From Felis catus (Eukaryota), in NCBI RefSeq assembly GCF_018350175.1, contig NC_058368.1, positions 44,332,001 through 44,396,000 on the forward strand: DNA of 64,000 bases, in the 5' to 3' direction. The notes beneath the pieces were generated by a model. That model saw nothing but the letters and a program-made list of their open reading frames with translations. It made no database searches and was not told the origin of the DNA. Below are positions 10,830 to 24,645 of this stretch, in pieces (within the stretch, counting starts at the first letter, position 1; every line of letters begins with the position of its first letter). A program made the translations under genes and the position numbers.

Positions 10830-13149
10830 AGAACTACAGAATTTTTCAGACCTCTAAAATAGTCTTATACCTACATATCAGAGATAACCTTAATTTTATT
10901 TAGTTTTCTAAGATGAATATCTTGTTTATAAAAAAAAAGGGAAAAAAGGAGCTTTATAATTATTTAAGAGTAAAAGTAAAAAAGAGTGTAGGTTAAAGGT
11001 AACCATGAAATATGGAAGCTAAGAGTTTGAACAACATTAGGCTACAAATTTTCCGGGACTCTCTAATGAATCATCTATATTAACCGGCTTATATATATAA
11101 GATGGTTTGCTATAACAAGAATAGGATAGTGTTACACTTTAAACGTGGTACATGGAATATAATATTGCTAAATTTAATTCCCAAAATTTGTAGGATTGTT
11201 AGAATTCTACAGATTTTAACGTGACAGAGTATAGGCAAAGCCAGGATTTACACCATTTTATTGTAGGAATGGCATAAGAAATACAAGACATTAAGAGGGA
11301 CACCACATTTGTGAAAAGAGTAAGTGTACATAAGACAAACTTCTTTTCTTTACCTCAGCAAATAGATTAAAATATGTGAATGCAACATACTTGGGGAATG
11401 AATAATGTTGGGTTCTAAAATCTGAATTTCTATCTTCACTAATTTTAAGGAATGACTACCAAACTTAAAAAAAAAAAAAAACTTGTTTGATAATTTGCCT
11501 TCACTTCACTTTACTCAACATTAATCTGATGCCCAATAGATAGAAGAGTGAAGGCATTATCATTCATGTACTAAATAAAGTGTGTTTAATTACAAATTTT
11601 ACTTACTGACCTCAAAACAATTATGGTACTCAGTTGAATGTAATTTTCTTTCTAATTACCTGAATAAATTACTGTGCTCACTTTACACTGCTTTTTGATT
11701 TCACTTTGGCTAGTGTTTGCTCTCAAACCTGTCAACATTCTAAAGATGCTATTCATTGGAGGCATTTCATTTTCTCTGATGGAAATGAATAGTTTGAAGT
11801 GATTTTATTCTGTTCTCTGACAAGTGATGCAATAGAAAATGACCATCACATTCTGGAGACCATTACTTCTGTTTTATTTATTTATTTCTTTTCTTTCCTT
11901 TTGTTTTAAAATAAACATCCAGAAATGCTAAAGAAATATTTAAAAATCCAGCCAAAACCAAAAACCACAAACTCATTTTCTTTTTAAAAATTTTAAATCA
12001 GCTTTAGAATTGGGGGTTGGGCACATACATTTGTTTACTTTAGTTAAATTATTTTAGCATGTAATGGATACTTGGCAAGTAATTTGGTGATATTTTTTCC
12101 TAATGATATTTTGAGAGGATTATTCCTTTGAAACATCATTGTTATGTATACTCATCTCCAAGATCCTTGGCTCACCAGTTAAAACGTATTATTTTAGAGC
12201 AATATATATTTTTTCTTAATGGTTTTTAAATTATATTGAATTGGAGGGAGGAAGAAATGACAACACGTTTCAGTATTTAAATGGACATTTCCTACAAAAA
12301 ACTGTATATCATGATTTTCTTGTGTAATAAAAGAAGTTAAATTTATGGTAAATATGTTCATGTTTAGATAGTTAATGCGCGTTATAGAGTTAAAATGATT
12401 TCACTGGTCTGAATAACTTGGCTATAAACTTTATGTCTAGAATATTTATCTTTTTAACCTGGGATATTACTAAGTATTTTCACTGTAAGTGGGACAAAGC
12501 ATATATGTAAATATTCTCCCTGTTTTGGAGTGGGTTTTAGAAGAATGTAAGGCAAATACTGCCAAACTCTCAAGGGTGATGAGTAAATGAATCAGAAGTC
12601 TGATTTTGATGGACAAAATGGAGCATCAGAAAGATCTAAATCCTGATTGCAGAATAAAATGAAAATTATAAATAAGTGACAGTATCTTGAGACTCAACCC
12701 AGTCCCCATGTGTGAAAAATCAAATCATAATCCTAGAGGGGCCAGTGTCTCTGTACTGTGCCTAGTCATAACCATAGGGTAGAAAATTCTGTACTGAGAA
12801 AGCATCTAACCTTGAAGGATAGGAGAAGGGTACGAGAGAAGAAGGGAAAGTAGGCTGGTTTTACCATGCTGTCAAATAAATTGAACTTTTTTCTCTTTTT
12901 AAAATTTCTGGTGTTAAAAAATGCTTCATTTCAGCATTACTTACAATAATCAAGACATGGGAACAATCTGTGCCCATTGATGGATAAATGGATAAAGAAG
13001 CTGTGGTACATAAATAGGATGGAATATTATTCAGCCATAAAAAACAAGGAAATCTTACTATGTGTGACAATATGGATGGACCTTAAAGACATTATGCTAG
13101 TGAAATAAGAGAAAGTCAAATACTATATGATCTTACTTAAATATAGAAT

Positions 13150-13155
13150 TTATTT

Positions 13156-13187
<32 letters not shown>

Positions 13188-13389
13188 GTTAGTTTATTTA
13201 TTTTTGAGACAGAGAGAGACAGAGCATGAACGGGGGAGGGTCAGAGAGAGGGAGACACAGAATCAGAAGCAGTCTCCAGGCTCTGAGCCATCAGCCCATA
13301 GCCCGAAGCGGGGCTTGAACTCACGGACCGCGAGATCATGACCTGAGCTGAAGTCGGATGCTTAACCGACTGAGCCACCCAGGCGCCCC
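13150..13389 (-). mobile_element. Can-SINE with (TAAA)n tail
   Basis: Ends CCCAGGCGCCCC; TSD TTAAATATAGA(A/G)TTTA. Confidence 0.96.
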
Positions 13390-13434
13390 TTTAAATATAG
13401 AGTTTAAATAAACAAACTCATAGCAAAAGAGATT

Positions 13435-13725
13435 GGGGGCACCTGGGTGGCTCAGTTGTTCATGCATCTGACTGTCCATTTCAGTTCAGTTCAAGATCTC
13501 AACATTTGTGAGATGGAGCCCTACATCAGGCTCTGCACTGGCAGCGTGGAGCCTGCTTGGTATTCTCTCTCTCCCTTTCTCTCATCCCTGCCACCATTTG
13601 GGCTCTCTCTCAAAATAAAAGAAGGAAGGAAAGCAAGAAAGCAATGAAGGAAGGGAGGGAGGGAGGAAGGAAGGGAGGAAGAAAAGAAAAGAGAAGAAAC
13701 AAAAAGAAAAGAAAGGAAAAGAAAG
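13435..13725 (+). mobile_element. Can-SINE with a tail expanded into purine-rich repeat
   Basis: GGGGCACCTGGGTGGCTCAG head; GGAA/GAAAA-rich tail 13620-13725. Confidence 0.92.
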
Positions 13726-14267
13726 AGAGATAGGACTTGTGGTTACTGAAGCAAAGGGTGAGGAGAGGGTGAATTGGAGGAAAGTGGTCAAAAGGTACAA
13801 ACTTTCAGTTATAAGATAAATAAGTACTAGAGATATAAAGTACGACATTATAACTATAGTTAACACTGCCATTTGGTAAAGTTAATAATATAAATTGTAA
13901 GAATTACGACAAAAAGAAAATTTTTTCTTTTTTTATTTTTCTTTTTATTCTATCTAAATGATGTTAGCTAAAATTATTGTGGTAATCATTTTACAATATA
14001 TGTAAATAAAACCATTATGCTATACTTCTTAAACTTACATAGAAATATATGCCAATTATTTCTCAACTGGAAAAAATTTAATTAAAATTTAAAAAATAAA
14101 ATAAAATTTAAAAATAATTCTTAATTAATGTGAATCATATGGGTAAGGTAAGAAAATCTAATCATGCCTATTTTTAACTTAAGCTGTTTTAAACTCCATC
14201 TGTTATCAGTCTTTAAAATTGTAATTCAATACACTAGAAATGTACATTTTAAAAATCAGTTATAATA

Positions 14268-14390
14268 GGGGCATGTGGGCTCTGTTGGTTAAGTGTCCAA
14301 CTCTTGGTTTCAGCTCAGGTCATGATTTCATGGGTTTGTGGGTTCGAGCCCTGTATCGGCTCTGTGCTCAAGGTGCGGAGCCTGCTTGGG

Positions 14391-14437
<47 letters not shown>

Positions 14438-14491
14438 GCCCCTGTCCCTCTCATGCTGCCCCTATATCAAAATAAATGAATAAACTTAAAA
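14268..14491 (+). mobile_element. Can-SINE
   Basis: SINE body, long (CT)n, A-tail. Confidence 0.93.
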
Positions 14492-14834
14492 ATATAGCAT
14501 ATGGTACAGCCACAACATAAAAATAAATGCAGATTAAAAAAGGTTATGACTTATTGACACTTGAACATTATCAGAATATGATGTTAAGAAAAAAACTAGA
14601 AAATACTAAACACAGAGTAAAGTAAAACTCTAAAGAAACATAACATTTGAACTTCTGAAATATACGTTTCAATTTTAAAATAGATTTAGGTTTACAGAAA
14701 AGCTGTGAAAATAGTACAGAAAATCCCTACACACTTCATGACCAGATTCTCCAATTATTAACATCTTACATTACTTACTTACATGGTATGTTCATCATTG
14801 TTAATGAAATAATATTGATGTCTTATTATTAAAT

Positions 14835-15048
14835 TTTTTTCAACGTTTTTTTTATTTATTTTTGGGACAGAGAGAGACAGAGCATGAACGGGGGAGGGGC
14901 AGAGAGAGAGGGAGACACAGAATCGGAAACAGGCTCCAGGCTCCGAGCCATCAGCCCAGAGCCTGACGCGGGGCTCGAACTCACGGACCGCGAGATCCTG
15001 ACCTGGCTGATGTCGGACGCTTAACCGACTGCGCCACCCAGGTGCCCC
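14835..15048 (-). mobile_element. Can-SINE, young felid subfamily
   Basis: Near-consensus body; perfect 20-bp TSD TTGATGTCTTATTATTAAAT (14815-14834 and 15049-15068). Confidence 0.98.
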
Positions 15049-15396
15049 TTGATGTCTTATTATTAAATAAACTCCATATTTCATTCAGATTTCCTTATTT
15101 ATTTAATTTATTTTTTTCTCTTGCAGGATCTCATCTGAGCTACCACATTACATTTAGTTCTCCTATCTCTTCAGGATCCTCTAAGCTGTAAATATTTCTT
15201 TGTTTGCTTTTAATAACCTTGACAGTTTTGAGTAATACTCAGGAATATTTAGACTATGCCTTAATTGAGATTTGTCTAGTATCTGTGTTGTGATTAAACT
15301 TAAGTCATGGGTGTTTTGAGAGGTAGACCAGAGAGACAAAGCACCAGTTTTCATTCCATCATATCAAGGATACATATTATCATTATAACATCACTG

Positions 15397-15628
15397 TTTT
15401 TCTTTAAGTTTATTTATTTTGAGAGAAAGAGAGTAAGCACATGAGCATGTGGGTGAGCAGTGGAATGGCAGAGAGAGAGAGAGAAGGAGAGAGAGAATCC
15501 CAAACAGGACCTGCACTGTCAGTGCAAAGCCCATTGCTGGGCTCAATCTCATGAACTGTGTGTGAGATCATGGCCTGAGCCAAAATCAAGAGTACAATGT
15601 TTAACCAACTGAGCCACCCACATGCCCC
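15397..15628 (-). mobile_element. Can-SINE
   Basis: SINE body; TSD AT(A/G)ACATCACTGT. Confidence 0.94.
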
Positions 15629-16834
15629 ATGACATCACTGTGGATGCTGACCCTGATCACTTGACTGAGGTAATAGTTGTCAGGTGTCCCCACTATAAAG
15701 TCACTCTGTTTTTTACTCTCTTTCCATTCTGTACACTTTGGAAGGAAGACATTCTGCACAGCCCGAAGTTTAGCAAAGGGGAGTTATGCTCCTTTTCCTT
15801 GAGGTAAGAATATTTACATCAATTATTTGGAATACTTATGTATGGGAGATTTGTCTATTCTCCCCCACCTATTTATTTTTCAATCATTTCTTCATATCGC
15901 ACCTTCATTTTTGTAATAACTATCACCTACACATAGTAGGATTATGAGGGATTGTTTTCATTTGACATTTTCCAAGTTTTTATAATTAGCCTGTAAAATT
16001 TTGTATTCCTGAAGTTTTAATTTTTCTATTATATCTTATGCATTAATATTTAGGGGCAGAGAGTAAGGGCACTATCCCCTTACTTTGTTCCTGGAATCTG
16101 ATTCAGGTATCCTCACCCAAATAGCTAATTGGAATATGACTCCTCTTACACTCTTCTCTCTTCTTGGGCCATGGTAAATTCATCCTTAAATGTTTTGTTC
16201 ACTTCAATCCCAGATATTAGAAACAGAGATGTATAGTAATAATATTTGACTTAAAAAAGGGGGAAAAGCACACACTTACAGTTGTGCACCTTTGTTGCTT
16301 CTTTCCATCTTACTCCTGCCAATGCTAGTCTCATATTTGCCATGGTGAACACACATTTATAAAAATGTATTTCCTACTTATAGGCCATGGTATTATTAAT
16401 ACAAAACTAATATAATCATGATATTTTTAATGAGAGAAATGCCCAGAATTTACTAAATAAACATTTTTTATAGCCTCCAGGGAAATACGTGAGCATTACC
16501 ATTACCTGTGATAGCTGTTCATCAAAAGTCAAAACATACTACATGCCTTTCTTGTGATCAAGTTTCTATTCCTTATTCACACTCTAAAGTATAATGTTTG
16601 TGGAATGGTCTAAACCAGGTTGGGGAAAGTACAAGTATAAAAGGTTTTGTTCTTTGTCTCTATTACCCTAAAGAAAACTTTGTAAGACATTGCCTATGAA
16701 TATTCACATGGTAGATTCCAGAGATTTTGCAGTGCATTTTAAAATCTCAACCAAATACAGACTTTCCACTCTCTCCACCTCATCTGAAACCTCCATGGAC
16801 CAGCAATGGAGAGGCTCTTTATTTTCCCCACTAT

Positions 16835-16985
16835 TTCTCCACCCAGCTTTCCGCCTTCTTTTCCTGCCTTCTCCCTTTATCTTTCCCTCTTCTTTGCATT
16901 TAATTCCCCTCTTCTCTGTCCTTCTCTTTTCCCTCTCACTACTTTTGCCTCTTCCTCCTCCTCTAATCACTATGCTACTTCTCTG
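16835..16985 (+). repeat. Pyrimidine-rich low-complexity tract
   Basis: CT-rich composition. Confidence 0.8.
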
Positions 16986-17831
16986 GTGGTTGTTCTAGGG
17001 GTGAGGTGGGAGAAGAGGCAACAGGGTTAAAATACCTTTCTGAACTACTGCTGTTGAAATATAATGTTGTTGGTTTCTGTGTTTAGGATACAAACATTCT
17101 AAATCTTTTCCCCCTGTTGGCTTTTGTGAATGCATTAAGGATACCCTTTCCCAATAAGGTGTGCTTGGAACTATTCTTGAAGAAGGCAATAGTTTTGAAA
17201 TCTGATTCCTTATTTCCACTCTGTTCCTGCATTTCATGGTATACCAGCACAGGGCTACTTTCTGACTTAGTTATTTTTTTCTGACAGAATCATCTAGAAT
17301 AAGGCCTCTTTAATACAGCTGTGACCAAACTGGTTCTACAGGAACCCCAAGTGAAACAGGCACATTCTCATACTAACTAGTCTTCCATTCCTATGCAGCT
17401 TTTTGTAGTCTGGCCTAGCCATATACCATGACGAAAACACATATCCACTGCCATGTTTTATAATGTATTTTATTGCCTGAGCAATCCAGATATATTAATA
17501 TTGTTCCCTAGAGTCAGAATACAATGTGGCTTATGTAGCTATTGACATTAAATTCTTAACCATTAGTACTAAGGAGTCAAAGCAAGATATGTCTCACCAT
17601 ATGATTAAATCTTTCAGTTACTCATAAAAGAAGCGGAGTGTATAACTTTCTACATAATATACAATACAGAATCCAGAAGCCATAGAAAGAAAAGACAGAT
17701 GGAGAAAGAATGTAGGGAGATACATATACATAGAAAATCTACTCCTATGTAATAGAAAACAAAAATGCAAAGGGAGTGATTATTTTTAAATACATCTGAA
17801 CTTAGCAAACTCATCTACTTAAAAACCGAGA

Positions 17832-18220
17832 TTTTATTTTTAAATGTGTTATGAAACAGGGGTGCCTACCCAGGTGGCTCAGTCAATTAAGTGTCCGACT
17901 TCGGCTCAGGTCATGATCTCACGGTTCGTGGGTTCAAGACCTGCATCGGACTCTGTGCTGACAGCTCAGAGCTTGGAGCCTGCTTCAGATTCTGTGTCTC
18001 CCTCTCTCTCTGCTCCTCCCCACTTGCACTGTCTCTGTCTCTCTCAAAATAAATAAACTTAAAAAATGTTTTATTAAACAAATTTGACATAACGCAACGT
18101 TGAAATTTAATGTGTACATCTGTTACTTTGATACATTTACACACTGTAATATAATTGCTGCTGTAGTGATATTTATCTCATTACACAATTATGGTGCAAT
18201 ATTGTTGTGTATATTAAAGA
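17832..18220 (-). mobile_element. Old L1 3'-terminal fragment, interrupted by a SINE
   Basis: TTGACATAAC...AAATTTAATGTGTACA...TTTGATACATTT resembles the antisense L1MA terminus (compare 59745-59830). Confidence 0.6.
17859..18066 (+). mobile_element. Can-SINE
   Basis: SINE body; degenerate TSD AAATGT(G/T)TTAT(G/T)AAACA. Confidence 0.95.
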
Positions 18221-18761
18221 CCAAGCATTCTTCATAAATAATGGAATCTCTATTAAATGTCCAAATGTTTCTGAAAATTATTTTCAGTTTGGCATTATAA
18301 TCATAGTACATTCAAATACATTGATCCACCCCAGCCTATCCTATCATGAATTGTATACCAACTTTTAACTGCACAAATACTATAACTTTATTCCCTTTAA
18401 ATTGAAAACAAAGATTTCAAAATCACTCTTGTGATTAAATTGTATTCATTTCCTTCCATATGCCATTTTTTTTATTTATATTTGATTTGTACACCCTCTT
18501 TATTTACCAGCCTGGACTTTTCTCATATTGAAATTAGGTACTCAAAAAATTAAGTGTTTGGATACACCCCAGAAAGCCAAGAAAAATGAATATATGGTTT
18601 AGGTATTTAATTTTCTATATTTTCCATTTTTTACTTTGGGATACTCTCTGTGAATGTTTATAGCATTTATTGTGGTGACTGATAGCTCATAATTGTATCC
18701 CCATAGTAAAACTCAACAAAACACAGTAATTGAAGGTCTAATTCTCACCAAGTAATTTCAC

Positions 18762-18880
18762 CAAGTAAGTATTTATTGTGCACTTAATATGCACTATCAG
18801 CTGTTCTAAATCCTGAGAATACAAAGATAAATAAGACATTGTTCTAACATAGAGGGAGTCACAGCCTAGAGGGAAATGAA
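18762..18880 (-). mobile_element. L2 3' end fragment
   Basis: AAGTATTTATTG.GCACTTA.TATG...GAATACAAAGATAAATAAGACA is typical antisense L2 terminus. Confidence 0.7.
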
Positions 18881-19539
18881 ATAGGCTTGTACTTCTTCCT
18901 GACATTTTCATTCATCCTTTTTTTCATTATGGAGTCCCTGATAACTCCCCATAGTGTGTTAGTTTTCAGAAGTAATCCAGAGGTGAATTAGAAGGTATTT
19001 AACTAGCTAAGGTCTCATTTCTGTTGTTCTTTGTGACATCACTCTTTTAACTAGTCAGAATATAATTTTGCAGTCCAGTCCTAGCCATTGAAGAAAAGTT
19101 GTGTTTATTATTATTTCTGTAGCCCCAGAACTTAGCATGGGTCCTAGCAAAACTTACATGCTAATATTTCTTAAACTGTTGAATTAACACGTTAATTAAA
19201 CATTGCAAGCATTGCTTTCCTGATCTCTCCAGAACCTTCTTGGAAATTGTGACATTTCATTGCCTGTGATGTGTTTCTGGACCTCAGTTGCATAGTTAAA
19301 ATATTCAGACAGCATATCAGCTTGTCAGACACTTGTTTCCCATACTTTACCTTTCAATTTTTTCTGGTGTGTCCTACTTCAATAATGTATGAGATTTTAG
19401 CTTTTTGAACCTTCCAACTTTCCTGTTCTTGCTATAAGCAACTGAATATCCCCCATTAATATTATAGCATGGCTAGGAAATTACACAAGCACATCATGAT
19501 AATGTTAATAGTACCAGTATAATTGCTAATTTAGTGGAG

Positions 19540-20960
19540 AAGCATGTATAATAATTATGCCAGAAGGGGTCAGAGAAGATTGCATAAAGGAGATAAGCTT
19601 TTGAGGTCCAGAAAGGAAATTTGCCTATTGGTGAAGAGAGTAGTAGTTAACTTTGTTGTGAGGGGAAACTGTGAGCAATGCAGAGACACATGAAAAAGAT
19701 GAGCATGATTAGTGAACAAGAATGTTTTGTATGGTTATCGTGTTGACATTACTCAAGAGAGTATGAGACAGGGCTATGTATTAGACTAAGACTATGAGAA
19801 CTTGGTGTAAAATGATAACAGATTTGAACTTTATCCTCTGTCAAATGCTTTTATCATGTGAGATTAAAAGAATCAGATATGTGGTTTAGAAAGATAACAC
19901 TGGTATAATTCCGATGCTGATTCTGAGGAGAAAGAGCAAAGATTCAGGGATAGCACTTAGAGAAGAACACTGCCTGAGAATAAACCGTGACTGTCATAGG
20001 CTTGAATTGGATCATGTTAGAAAAAAATAATAAAATTTAGTTATGTGGGAAGTATGTGAAAGAAAATGGTCATGTATTCTTTAACTGATTCACAGTGAGT
20101 TTCAAGTGCCAAGCCTAGTGCTATATTTTATGGCTACAGCCACAGACAAAAATGATAAAAAGTCTTGGTCGTAATGTGTTTAATTTCTAGTAGGGCAGAC
20201 AAGGATTAAACAAATCTTTAAAATAAATATAGTATGAAAAATTATAAGACCTCTGAAGAAAGTTATGCAGAAAAGGAGATGGGAAAAAGAATAGTAGGAA
20301 TTTTAAATGGACACCCTTAGTGAGACCTGAATTTGAGAGAAGGAGTCTTACAGATCCCTGAGGAAGAATATTCCAGGCAAAGGGAAAGGCAAGTGCAAAG
20401 GTTATTATTTGAATGGAGCAGAGGGAAAGAGTGGGAGAGAGTGAAAGATGAGGGCATATAGTAGAGATGTATAAAAGATGTTTCTATGAGGTCGGTATTA
20501 TCTTTAAGTGAGTTGCAGAAGCAGAAGCAGCTCTTACTCTACAGGTGGTTTTAGGTTGGATTTTGTACAGATTTTTGTTTCCTGAAGAAAACCCAGGAGG
20601 AACATCCACTGAGCTAATGAAAGTTTGACTAGGCAGTTCAGAAGGCAGGTTTGGGATACAGAGTAAGAGGAACCATAGAAGGAATTTGAAAAAGATCAGT
20701 CCTAAAGTTAGAAAAAAATTGAAGGGAAAAACAAAAAACAAACAAAGAGAGAGAGAGAGAGAGAGAGAGAGGAGTTTAAAAAGCAGATTGTGAACAGTAC
20801 TGAAAATGCTCTAGAGAAGTCATGTAGGTAAAAACTGAGAGACCATCGTATTTGGCAATTATGAGATAGTGACCTAGATAAGAACACTTTTAATGGAATA
20901 GTAGAGGGAGAGGCAGATGACACTGGTCCGTGGATTATGTGGAAGGGAGAGCAAGGAAGG
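19540..20960 (-). mobile_element. L2 fossil fragments (probably two copies)
   Basis: Purine-rich strand. L2 3'-end-like sequence at ~20090-20210. RT-like AAATGCT..AGAGAAGTCA...GTGACCT at ~20800-20900. Confidence 0.62.
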
Positions 20961-21249
20961 AAGATGTGAATGCATGGAAAAAGTTGTCTCTTTTTTTAAT
21001 CTTTTAAAGATTACATTTGGTTACACAAAGAGTTTTGTGTAATTTAAAAATTCTTAATTAACATGATGCTATTCCTATCAAATTCAATACAAGAAAATTT
21101 AAGGAACCAACAACTTGCTCTATTGTGCTAGAATTAATAGTGATTTTGCAATTGAATAGAGTCTATATGATCTGAGTAGAAAGAACATGTGATCTCAAGT
21201 TAAAAGGTGAGATTTCAAAGATTATTCTATTAAATGGTATTCAGCAGAG

Positions 21250-21345
21250 TGTTCAACTTCTCTGAACTTTAGTTTCCTTATCCATAATATTAGGGATGCT
21301 AAGAATATCTGCCTCAAATTCTCGTATGTATATTAAATCTGAATA
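21250..21345 (+). mobile_element. MIR core fragment
   Basis: AACTTCTCTGAACTTTAGTTTCCTTATCCATAA resembles the MIR core. Confidence 0.7.
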
Positions 21346-23463
21346 TTTAATATATATATTAAAAAAAACCCTAAACTTACAAATGTTGGTTCTTGTTAAG
21401 ATTAACAGTGATAGATTTCAGAGAAGTTGAATTTGAGACTCAGAATTCAATGGATAACTTATGTCTTATGATTTTAGGCAAGTCACACTTTCTTAATCTC
21501 AAACGTAGTATCAATAAGAAGGTATTAAAAACATAGATATCAACCAACCTGAAAGTATGTAACTTTTTCCCCATCTTTGACCAGTTTTATTGTTCTTAAA
21601 ATACAAGTGATTTTTGAGTTGTCTAATGTATAAGAAAATTTTTTATGAATTGTTAAATAATATATTTCTATAAAGTTTTCTGTTTTACATGTCTTAATTG
21701 CAGTGATATTTTTATGAAATTTGATTTTACTTGTAACTGTTATTCATAATATATATATACACATATATATAATACAACATATATATTCATAATGTATATT
21801 CAATATATATTCTGATTCTAAAGAAATATTTTAATAGTTCTGAAATAGTCTCTATTAAAAATAGAGCACCTTTGATTTTCTTCATGAAATTTTTCATAAC
21901 TTTTGGATTGAATGTCTTATATCACTTTAATGTTGCTTTTAGAAACTATTTCAGATCTCTTTAACATCAAATAGAGAAGGAGAGATACTAAAGCATAATC
22001 ACAGTCCTTATCTTAGGGAATTCCAGGATAAGGCCTCATGGCATAATATGTTAACCCATCTCTTATTTGGGTGCTTGAGCTTTTTTAGCCTCTGGTTGAA
22101 AAGAAAAGGTCACATTCATGTTGCTGATATTGAAGCATATGAATCTCCGGCACTCTCCTTTAACACCAGAATACGGTTCAAATTCACTCACTTTTTCAAT
22201 AAACCATCACTTATATTGTCTATAGACTTGGTATTAAGAAGATATAAATCTTTTTTAGCTAATACCAACAAAATTATTCTTGTGTACATTTTCCCCAAAG
22301 AATTCAGCTTAATTGTGTACTATACTGCCTTATCAAAAACTTAGTTGAGGAGGGAGGAAATTGGCGATGGAGTAGGAAGACCCTCAGCTAGCCTCACCCC
22401 ACAAATATAACTATCAAATCATCCTAAACACCCTAGAAATCGATCTGGAGACTGATAGAACAAACTCCACAAATAGAGAGAAGAGGCCACAAATGAAGAA
22501 GATACGAAGTGTGGAGACGTGGTTTAGTGAAGAAATGGATCACTAGTTGCGTATGGAGTGGGGAGAGAACCCTGGTCACAGAGAAAGGTGAAAAGGAAAG
22601 GAGCACACTGGGATACTCACAAGAACACTACCCTATAGTCATTGGCTTGGAAAATGGGAGGGACTGAATTCTGTGAGTTCTTGCAACCAGTGGGGCTTAA
22701 GTCCTGAAGTCTTTAAAGGTCAGCAGACCTGGCTGGGATAAAGCCTCAAGGGCACTGCGCTGGTCTTGGACCGAAAAGGCGGGAGAATAATTCAGGGGCA
22801 GATAGTGTGGAGCATCTGGGGCACACAGCAGGGAGATTATTTGCTCTTCTCCAAGCATATCTCTGACAGACAGGTTCACGGAGATACCTCTCCAGGAACA
22901 AAGGAGCTGGCCATCTCCATTTCCTGCCTCTCCCCCTCAGCTTCAACAAAGAGCCACCCATGGGAAACTGCACGGGACTGACACTGGCTGCCTAAGTTGC
23001 TTACATCAAACCACAGCCCCCCCTGTGCTCTGGTGTAATTGCACTTCTCAGTAACCTTTGCTTCAGTCCCAGTGTGGCAAGTCCCTACCCCAGAAGACCA
23101 GAAAAAACCTCTGCCTACACCACATGTCCCAACCAGAGATTTCTGCAAGGTATCAGTGCCAGTGGAGATGGTTTAGGTCTCATTTCACTAGCAGACCATA
23201 GCATACCCAGTTAACACTTGCCACATTCAGGCCAGGGACCAAACACTGCCCATGGCAGGCAAGGAGAGCCTCTGTAGGTGACTGGCCTGAAGGATAGAGC
23301 AGCCAGAACACAACAGCAGAGCACACACAGCACAAACCAGAGTCATTCCATGAAGCACCAGGCCCTGGACACTATAGGACCTCTTCTTCATTAGGCCATT
23401 ATTTTCAGGAGCAGGAAACATAACTGGCTTTTCTAACGCAGAGAAGGCAAAGACTTGGACAAA

Positions 23464-24354
23464 ATGAGAAGATAGAGGAATTTATCCCAATTGAAAGAAC
23501 AACGTAAGGCTATGGCTAGAGACCTAAGTGAAACAGATGTAAGTAAAATGCCTGATGGAAAATTTAAATCACCAATCATAAGGGTACTCAACGGGCCTGA
23601 AAATAATTGAAGACATCAGTGAGACCCTTACTGATAAAAGACAAAAAAGCTAAAAAAGAACCAATCAGATATGAAAGTGCAACATGAGATTATAAACATA
23701 CTTGACACAATGAACAACAGGCTAGAAGAAACAGAGGAAGAAGTTAATGACCTAGAAGGCAAAGTAATGGAAAGCAACGAAGCCGAGCAAAAGAGAGAAA
23801 GAATTGTGCAAAATGAGAACAGACTTAGAGAACTCAGTGATTCCATCAAACACAATAACATTTATATTATAGGAAACCCAATAGAAGAAGAGAGAAAAAA
23901 AGGGAGCCGAAACTTTATTTTAAGAAATAATATCTGAAAATGTCCCTAATCTAGGGAAAGAAACAGATATCCAGATCCAAGAGGCACAGAGAACTCCCAT
24001 AAAAATCAACAAAAGCGGGCTTACACCAAGACATACTGTAATTAAACTGGCAAAGTATAGTGACAAAGGAAAAAAAATCTTAAAAGAAGCCATTTAAAAG
24101 TAGTCCTTAATTTACAAGGGAAAACCCTTAAGGCTGGCAGGAAATTTTTCAACAGAAACTTGGCGAGCTGGAAGAGACTGGCATGATATATCCACAGTGC
24201 TAAATGGGAAACATCTGCAGTCAAGAATATTCTATCCAGCAAGGCTATCGTTCAGAATAGAAGGAGAAATAAAGAGTTTCCAAGATGAACAAAAACTTTA
24301 GGAGTTCATGACTACTAAACCAGCCTTGCAATAAATATTAAAGGAGATTCTTTG
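23464..24354 (+). pseudogene. L1 ORF1, disrupted
   Basis: ORF 23671-23937 matches the ORF1p coiled coil; C-terminal EFMTTKPAL motif near 24300; stops and frameshifts. Confidence 0.9.
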
Positions 24355-24645
24355 AGTGGAAAGAAGATATCAACATGACAATATAAAGACAGGAAACACA
24401 AAAGCAGTAAAAATGAATATTTCTATAAAAAATCAATCAAAGAGCTCACACAAAAAGGATATAAAATATAATAACATATGCCTAAGTCATGGGAGGAAAG
24501 GAGAAAAGAATGAGTTCAAAAACTCAAACAATCCTCAACTTATAGACTGTAATTTGCGGAAGAGGTTATATACAAACCTAATGGTAACCGTATATAAAAA
24601 CCACTTATAAACATGCAAAAACAAAGAAAACGAAATCCAAATATA

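Larger units (their letters stand above)
12925..14110 (+). mobile_element. Old L1 3' end (L1MA/L1MB-like) carrying two SINEs
   Basis: CAGCATTACTTACAATA..., GGAATATTATTCAGCCATAAAAA and AAAAGGTACAAACTTTCAGTTATAAGATAAATAAG motifs; A-rich tail ~14075-14115. Confidence 0.88.
14668..15900 (-). mobile_element. Ancient L1 3' end (L1MC/L1MD-like) carrying two SINEs
   Basis: TTTACAGAAAAG..AATAGTACAGA, ATTATTAACATCTTACATTA, CCACATTACATTTAGTT and ACCTTGACAGTTTTGAG match the recalled antisense L1MC/MD 3' UTR. Confidence 0.8.
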
